A DNA stretch of 64,000 nt from Octopus vulgaris (lineage: Eukaryota): contig OX597831.1 in the NCBI GenBank assembly GCA_951406725.2, positions 45,384,001 through 45,448,000 of the forward strand, written 5' to 3'. Made by a program: the position numbers and the translations under genes. Position 1 is the first letter of the stretch. The number at the start of each line of letters is the position of its first letter. Positions 55,598-64,000 of the stretch are shown in pieces. The notes below the pieces were generated by a model. The model had not been told where the DNA came from, made no database searches, and saw nothing but the letters and a program-made list of their open reading frames with translations.

Positions 55598-57712
55598 CAA
55601 TATTCATCTCTCACCAGAGGGAGTACTTTCTTTGTTGGTGTTACCCTAGCAGAAAAGTAAACTGTGTGTGTGTGTGTGCACGCACGCACATACATGTCAT
55701 CATGATCATCATCATTTAACATCCCTTTTTCCATGCTTCATTATCTGACAGAAAATAAGCCCCCAAATTCTAGTCAAAATAGGTTTGATGAAAATATATT
55801 TATCATTATCATCATTGTTTGACATCTGCTTTCCATGCTAGCATGGGTACACACACACACGAAATGATTTTAGTGACAAGTGAAAGAATAAACTAAAAAA
55901 ACATATGCCTTAAAACAAATTTAAAAAGCTAAACTTTTTCTACATGTATTTAACCAAGCCCTCTTTATTAACAAGTAGTTTTATCACAATCCAATGACAG
56001 AATTTGACAAAGTTACAAAAATTATTTTGTTATCATTAAGATACATGTACAGATTAGAATTTCCTAAAGTACAATCAGTTAAAACAGTAAAATATAACAA
56101 AAGAAAATTAAACACTAGTGATAAACATGTAGGATATGATAACCAAGACAGATATTTGACAAAATTGTATTTAGAACAAAGTGAGATTACAAAAAGTATT
56201 ACATTTTTTTTAAAGAATTAAGCAATCTAATAATATTAACTAACTGGCAGTGTCTCCATCACTCTCACTGTTTGTCCACCCCCAAAGGGAGATCATGCTG
56301 AGTTTGATCTCCTTTGGCTACTTTATGCCACCTAAAGTGTTACTTGCCTGATGGGAAATGTCATGAATATATTTATGAGAAATTTAATTGTATTTTAATT
56401 TAATAAATATTTTTATTTTTAAAATTAATATTCAACATTTTGTGTAAACATTATGAAATTTAAATAAATAAAATTATAGTTATTGTTCTTGTGTAACATT
56501 AGCACCTAATATTACTCAGTGGCAAAAGTATATTCTTAACAATACCAGTCATACAAAGTGACACTTGTGGTTATACTTGGTATCAAATAAGTGGACATAT
56601 AAGAAGTATATCTGGTTTGTAATGATTTCAAATCAAATTTATGTGATAAACCTGAAATAAACTAGCTCATTTAACTTTTAACAACATCCTGTTGAAAATT
56701 TTCTAAGTCCTGTAATAACTGAACAGAAAATATCCCAAAATAGTTTTGTTTATCTAATGTTTATAGTGTATTTACTTCATCATCATCGTTTAATATCCAC
56801 TTTCTATGATGGTATAGGTTAGACAGTTTGAAAGGAGCCGGCCAGGTAGAAGACTATCCTAACACCAAGCACTCCTCAGAGTGGACAAAGTGCTTTTTAT
56901 GTGACACCAGCACAGGTGAGGTCAGTTTGGTATGGTTTTTACTGCTGGATGACCTTCCAAATGCCAAACATTTCACTTTTTTAAATGTAAGCAGTTATTT
57001 GTGCAAAAATAATGCACATGTGTGGGTGTTAATTACATGATAATATCTAAAGAAGATGGCGAAAAGAAAGATGTTAGTATTAAATGCAATAGTAAAAAAA
57101 AACACACACAAACAAAAATTTTCTTCCAGCTCTTTGCAGCTTATTCATTATAAAATTTACAGGTAAGCTTTAACTACCATAAGAAACAACATTCATGTAT
57201 GCATGTATTTCAACACATGTAGGGTCAAAGTTGTCTGCTGCCTTTTGTTCTATACAGATTAGTCTGATGGGTGATCATATGATCAAAACTCAATGAAAAA
57301 AAGTTGAAAAATATTTCTCATTTGATCTTGTTGGTATTTTGGGACCAACAATACTTGCAAAACGTTTACTATTTAGACATTCTTCTGTTAATATTTCATC
57401 CAAGTCACTTGATGAAACTTTGGAAAGATCTAAGTCAGACATAGAGTGTTCATGGAAGAATGAGTTTCCAAAGCTTTATCTGCCACTGATTCCTCAATTG
57501 AATCATTGAATAAGTCGTAAGTTGTCACTCAAAGAATGATTACTGGCTATTCTTGAGAGAAAATTTCAGTTAAAAAACAAACACTAAAACAAAAATCTCA
57601 AAGATTCAGCAACATATGGATCAATGTTAATGAACATAGCAGAATATAAATAAACAACAGAGGAAGGGATTTAAGTTTCCTTCTTTCAATGAGACACTGT
57701 AACTTCTTTTGA

Positions 57713-57925
57713 CCCTTTTGCAGTTAAACCAGCCATATCTGGCCCAAATATTTTACTTATTTTATGTTCAAATTGACCAGATTCAGCCACTTATATTGAC
57801 CCTACACTGCCATTCTAAAAACAATCACATCGTTGAAATTTCAACATAAGATAATGTGTGATTCATTCAAAACAATGTGAATGAATATGCATTACATTTG
57901 ACAGAGTAAACTGAATGTTAAAGGG
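57713..57925 (-). mobile_element. piggyBac-like MITE copy
   Basis: Reverse complement of 26681-26900; flanks ttga / ttaa. Confidence 0.8.
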
Positions 57926-58773
57926 TTAAAATGAATATCAACAAGGATGGTTCAGTTTGTGTGGTTTCAGATGGTATAGGACTGATGGATAGGATATAGT
58001 GCAGTGCAGATTTGTGTCATAGAGACTGTTAAGATTTAATATATAATATGTAAAGAAGAAATTATTTTAAATGATCCACTAACAGTAAGATAATACCTCA
58101 GTAACACTATATATTAAACAATTTGTAATGTTTTTCAAGCATTAACTTGAAGTTATTTTGAACAAGTGTCAAAGTGAGATATATTTCTTAAAATTATGGG
58201 TGAGTTACAAGATACTTAGTTTGTACAGCTATTGTATAGAAAAAATTTAATACAATGTCATCTAATCATTAACAAAAGGTTATTTGCATTACCATAAATT
58301 GTTTTAGAAAAGCATTTTCTTTAGCTTAAATTACAGGTAAATTTAGGTATCATAATTATAGCCAAGACAACAAAAATCAGAATGAATGTGGTACAAACCA
58401 AAATGTTAGAAGAAACATCTAAAACCCAACAACAGAACGAAGGGACAAAAGCAATATTATAAAGACAATGTTAACTATATGGACTTCACAAATGAAATGA
58501 TACAAGACAGAAACACATGAAAATGTTTGCTGCAACTCATTCAACATATCTAGTGGGTGAGAAAAAAAAAAAAAAGAAAGATATCTTGGTGCTAATAAAT
58601 AACCCATATCAACTGCATACAACTACTAAAATCAAACAAATTTCAAATCCAGAAATTTAGGACAGATTTCAGAGAGGAGATTGGAATTCTTGCTGCAACT
58701 TATAAATAGATGTTTCTAGATTTATCTGCACTGCATTAACCTTTTTCTTAACATCCTGCTGGAAATGCCTTAA

Positions 58774-59075
58774 CCCTTTAGCATTCAAATTATGCTGTCA
58801 AATGCAATGCTTATATATTCATGTCATCATCATCATTTAATGTCCGTTTTCCATGCTAGCCTTGGTTGGACAGTTCGACCGGAGTCTGGGAAGCCAGGAG
58901 GCTGCACCAGACTCCAAATCCTGCATTATCTTGTAGCTCTGAGATTTTGTTGAGGTTACAGTTAATATTTAGAATGATATTGTAGGGTTAGTGTGAGAGG
59001 CTAGATCTGACCAGTCTGAGCACAGAACAGGTAGAATATTTTGGCCAGATATGGAAAAATTTAAATACCAAAGGG
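58774..59075 (+). mobile_element. piggyBac-like MITE with nested ~90-bp RTE tail (58824-58916)
   Basis: TTAA-ccctttagcatt..aaaggg-TTAA, interrupted by catcatcatcatttaatgtccgttttccatgc. Confidence 0.82.
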
Positions 59076-60909
59076 TTAAAAATGGTCTTCTTTATTCAAT
59101 GTTTATAGTGTATTTACTTGTGGTCAGATTCTAAAAATGACAGTAGTGCAGAAAAGACACTTTCTTTTAATGAAGTATTCATCTGTGATAAAAACTGCAA
59201 AAATTCGGCAATAATAATAGCAAATATGGCAGAATGTAAATAAATGAAAAGAGGAATTAAAGTTTTTTCCTTAACTTCTTTAAAGATATAAACAAGATTG
59301 GTGTGATTCAGGGTGTTACAGATAGTATAAGGCTGACAAATATACACTCTCAGATGGATTCATGTAGTACAGAATGTTAAGAGTTAAATAAAGAAAACTA
59401 AGTTTGTGATTAATTGCTACTAAATATATGGAAATGAAAACTTTAAGTATAAAATCTATCATTTATCATACATTTTTTTAGGATAATAAATCACTAACAA
59501 GAGGAAAATTAATATTTTACACATACAAATAGGTAACTGGTAATGTATGTTTGTTCACAAATGAATATTGTTGAGCCACAAGAGGTGATGTTACTGTCAC
59601 TTCTCTTGTCATGCACTACCTTTATGCCTTAGAAGATGCATTGAATAAGTAATCCTTTACTTGAAAATCAGACAAAGGTGTATGACAGGAAGGGCATCCA
59701 GCTGTAAAAACAATGCCCTGATAATATTCATCTAATTTACACTAGCATAGAAAACAAATAAAGAAATATATATCATCATCTTAACATCTATTTTTCTGTG
59801 CTCAAATGGATGTGAGGGAATTTGCTGAAATTTTTCTACAATCAACTGCCCTTCTTGTCACAGATTGGAAACAAAAGACACTGCTTGCATGAAGGTGACA
59901 TTCACTTACAACTATCACACAATGTCAAGCCAAAGAGACAGTAACACACACAGGTAACCATATATACACACACCTATATAAAATAGATTTCTAGAAATTG
60001 AACACAGCAAATGTAGAAGATATTGCTCTCCAAATGGCACATATCAAACCTAAATGGAAGGTAAGGTATTATTTGTATACATGTGCTTCGAAGAAGAAAA
60101 TACAAGAAAAGCCATAAAAGCACAGAACTAGGAGTTTAAATATTGTGGAGATTGGTTATGTGTTGTTTTGGTGTCAAAATTTACAGCGTATTGGTTAATA
60201 AAAATTCATTTCACAAAAATATATAAGTTAAGTTTACTATTTCAAAATTTTTATAATTGCCATATTTTCAATAAAAAGTGTTGTTAATGGGCTTTAAATA
60301 TATATATATATGGATTAGGTAGTGTATGAGAAGAAATGAAAATTCACTGATATGGATCAGTAAGTATATAGGTTAGGAGTACAGGAAACTGTGTCTGTAT
60401 GCATACACACCATTTGGTGATTTGATACAGAACGTAGTGGATAAGTGTATGAAGGTGACATAACCTTCCTTAAGTTTGCTTGTCCATAGTAATGACAATT
60501 AAGCTATTGTTTTATCACAAATATTTTTATGGAACTAATGTGAGAGGATGATTTAAGTAGGCTAAGGAGTATCTTTCTATTCTATAAAAGGGTTTTAATT
60601 TTTAATTTCCTCTCCACAAGATGGATAATTTCAGGTAGCTGATATAAATTATTTAAAATTACACCATGCAGAAATTAAAAAGCTAAAATGTGTATATTAA
60701 TTTCATTTACATGCAGTGGATAATAGATGTGGTAAAGGAAGGGGGGGGGAGATATTTAGATGTGATGACAGTGTTAGTAGAACTATAATGCTCCATTAGT
60801 TCTCATTTCCAACTAGTATAAGAAGCATGAGGTGACTGAGTAAGGACTCATTCAACAAGAGCTGGGTTGTCAATATCAACAGACTTAACAGCTGCAGGAG
60901 CAAAGTGGG

Positions 60910-61640
60910 AGCGAAGACTGAATATCTACCTGGAGTTGTTTACTTTCCTGGTGCTACTTCTGAATAATGAATTCTCTTAAGTCAGTAAGAAGTTGATAAT
61001 ATTACTGAATATCAGTTTCTGGTGACAAGTCAATATACAAAAGGACATGTAAACAGAAAGTTTGGTTTACTTTAGCAATGGTTCATCATTTTCATCATCC
61101 TCACTACCTTTACTGTCACCAGTAAGAGCTTCTTCTACTCTTTCTCCTTCAGAATCTGATAGCATCTTCTGTAACAATGTTTCTCTTGCCCCTCTAAAAT
61201 CCACAACAAAAATCACTTGCCTTGAATTCTTCAAAATTGTATTCTACCTCAACATTTACAATCCCCACAAGCACTGATTAGAGTGGTAATCTTCAGTGTC
61301 CTCCATGAAACTGCTAAACTGAATATTGCTTACTTGAAGTTTTAATTTTTTTTTTTTGTCCTAGTGTCTCTTCTATCACAGTGAGAACTTCATTCAGACA
61401 TCATTTGTAGTCTACAATTATACAACAATCTATTGATGGAACTGTGGCAGTAACATTGAGTGGTAAGAGCATACAACTTATTTTCTCATCATTACTGACA
61501 AGATGGTGACTGTCTGAGTCAGCAGGTGCATTGTCAAGAATTAACAGCAGAGAATTTGAAGACATCTTACTGGTATTTATGCATTTCAGGAATGAAATGT
61601 GAGAAAAACCAGTTGTTAAAAATGAGCAAGATTTCACAAC
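60910..61640 (-). pseudogene. pogo/Tigger-type transposase relic (DDE_1 region and acidic C-terminus)
   Basis: LLLILDNAPA..LLPLNVTATVPSIDCCII resembles LLILDNAPAH..LPPNTTSLIQPMDQGII; followed by acidic SEDDENDEP and LREFIIQK..SKQ. Confidence 0.78.
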
Positions 61641-61729
61641 AATTTATGATAAATGATAATGATAATGATGCACTTGTACATCATATCTTTCAAAACTCAC
61701 AGATGTGATGACTTTCCAGCCATCACTAA

Positions 61730-62310
61730 TTTTAAAAGATACATATTGTCTGTGTTTATATGCTTGAAATCAATGCACACATGCTCTTTTCTTGATCTGG
61801 TGACAGTCAAAGAATTCTGCACATATCTTCATGACATGGAAATGAAAGCCCAGTCCACGGAATGTTGGTACCCCATGTTCCCTAAAACTTCAAGATCCAG
61901 TTATTGGCATACAAAGTCATGATATTTATTTGGGAAATGAGGCCAGCATCATTCTCCCTGATTTGCTGAAACATGGCTGCATCATGAACAGCAAGTGGTA
62001 CACTGATATGCTAAAAAAATGTAGAGAAGCCATTAGGAGGAAGAAGACTGAGCAAAGAAAGGATCTACTATCACTATTTCAATGCACAATTAAATCTCTG
62101 TCAACAAATCAGGCAATTAGCAAACTGGGCAGGTCAGTGATACCCCATCGAGCAGACAGCTTGGATGTGGTGCCTCAAACTTTCACTTGTCAAACAGCAT
62201 GCACCTAAAATTTTTCAAAGGGAATTGGAAGGTTGGGTTCAGCGGTGGTAAATGCATAGCTTCTGAGGGAGACTATGCTGATCAAAGCCTTTGTAAAGAG
62301 ATCTAACACA
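61730..62310 (+). pseudogene. mariner transposase relic
   Basis: FLDLVT..MKAQSTE..KVM..NSKWYTDMLKKCREAIRRK..ISKLGRSVIPHRADSLDVVP resembles mariner ..LGWEVLPHPPYSPDLAP. Confidence 0.8.
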
Positions 62311-62878
62311 TGCAGTGTGAACAACTCATACCAGTTAATAAAAGAAAGCTATGCACACTTTTGCATTACTTTTATAACAATCCTTGTATACATAGATATA
62401 CCATACACATATATAAGCACAAACATATATATATGCACACACACACGTATATATTACACATATGTAAATGTTAAAATAATGTTATTTTAAGGCAGATTTA
62501 AGAAATAGTGAGCATTTATTCTCTATACTGAGGGTAGAGTCAAGTTTATTGTGAAGATCAAGTTTCACATATCAGCTCATTCAACCTTTACACATAAATG
62601 TATGAGTGCACATGTGCGTGTGTGTTTGTGTGTCTCCTTTTGACATTGAGAGATAGTTGTCAAAATGTGTCACTGTCATACATGTGGTGTCATTTGTTTG
62701 GGTCTTCCATTGAGACATGTTCAGTCAGCCGTTGTGTTAATCATGTTGAAAAGTGTGAGGGAAATATCAACTTGCTTGGAAGCAGGCATGAGTTGGCATC
62801 CAGTCATAGGATATTTGTCTCAATGAATTTCATCTGACCCATGCAAATATGAATAGAAATATAGATATACAGACTAAG

Positions 62879-62915
<37 letters not shown>

Positions 62916-62918
62916 TAT

Positions 62919-63345
62919 CATCATCATCATCATTTAGCTTCCGTTTTCCATGCTAGCATGGGTTGGACGGTTCTACTGGGGTCTGTGAAGCCAGAAGGCT
63001 TCATCAGGCCCAGTCAAATCTGGCAGTGTTTCTACGGCTGGATGCCCTTCCTAACGCCAACCACTCCGTGAGTGTAGTGGGTGCTTTTTACGTGCCACCC
63101 GCACAGGTGCCAGACAGAGCTGGCAAACAGCCACGAACGGATGGTGCTTTTTATGTGCCACCAGCACGAGGGCCAGGCGAGGCTGGCAACAGACACAAAC
63201 GGATGGTGCTTTTTACGTGCCATCGGCACGAGGCCAGTCGGGGCGGTGCTGGCAACGGCCGCGAAACGGAAGGTTCTCTTACATGCCACCGGCACTGGTA
63301 ACACATCTGCAATTTCCATTGATCGATTTCGATTCTGATCCTCAT
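62919..63345 (-). mobile_element. RTE-tail retroelement with four ~63-bp GC-rich tandem units
   Basis: gtgctttttacgtgccacc units at ~63081, 63145, 63206 and 63273; same family as 27090-27627. Confidence 0.8.
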
Positions 63346-64000
63346 ATATATATAACAACACATATAGAGAGAGATGGGTATCAGAATTTAATAACCATGT
63401 TCCTTGCTGGCATGGGCTGGATGGTTTAAGAGGATCAGAGCTCCAAGGACTGCATTAAACTCAAGTGTCTGTTTTGCCGCGGGTTCTATGACTGGATGCT
63501 ATCCCTGGTGCCAACCACTTTACAACGAATAGTGGGTGTGCTTTTTTACTTTTCTTCTTTTGACACCAGCACTAGTGGAGTCACCATGCAAGTTGCAAGA
63601 CTAAGATCCCCTTCAACTGAGTGAATTCTATTTCATATCTTCAGAGTAGGTGACTGAGGTAACAGGCTAGTCAGTTCAAAGTTCTGACCTTCAAACACAA
63701 TGCATTAAGACTCATTTATCAAGGATGATAGAAAGGGAAGTCACTTTGGTTTCATGTTAAGATGGAAGTCACATGTTATATGTTGATACACACACATTCA
63801 GCATTATAATTTTTATCAACAAATATTTCTTAATCAGTGATGAATAGACAATATAATCAGTCAATCTAATGTGGTCAAGGCAAAAAAAAAAAAGAAAAGA
63901 AAATTAATAATAAAGCAAACCTATAACAAAAGCATCCCAAACATGACCAGCATGTCTTCACTTTTTTTTTCTTTTAAAATGCATTTGGTGCGTAATTTAA

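Noticed and set aside
56282-56317. Short hairpin ccaaagggagatca..tgatctcctttgg (similar ones at ~8120 and ~59578)
   Set aside because: Stems of 13 bp or less with bulges; weak evidence on their own.
58615-58660. Minus-strand NLFDFSS as the missing AD1 (LLDFSA) exon
   Set aside because: Preceded immediately by an in-frame TGA and has no phase-0 donor.

Overview
AT-rich, microsatellite- and repeat-dense animal genomic DNA. The SINE/RTE repeat families look like those of an octopus (coleoid cephalopod); this is recognition from memory, not a database result. The whole window appears to lie inside one large minus-strand gene for a class I bHLH E-protein (daughterless/TCF4/TCF12-like). Six GT-AG exons (36501-36417, 29144-29089, 23634-23556, 16973-16906, 9340-9226, 7624-7560) splice in frame into 156 codons: MFSPPVAGQGIKNGTTNMDSMYSGGYKQSLDDANWSNNGQGSSYDSRLYDNQTYNGQANENMHSFMNSDMSLLSKNNDIPYNRSGYSSRDNSVPSQGLLGNSMPMSPDSLSPVAKPGSPYYGFNSKRTLEEPLRGARAGKYTPPNPNSQKRRKSGS. 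The upstream AD1 exon and the downstream bHLH exons were not found in the window. The introns hold a full-length dead Buster-type hAT transposon nested in a SINE; hAT, piggyBac-like and mariner-like MITEs; RTE, Penelope, Tigger and mariner relics; several SINE families; and at least five unrelated fold-back hairpins. I cannot demonstrate a new biological system. The best leads are the intronic hairpins (possible ADAR or small-RNA substrates) and two candidate alternative exons. Almost all ORFs in the supplied track are spurious.
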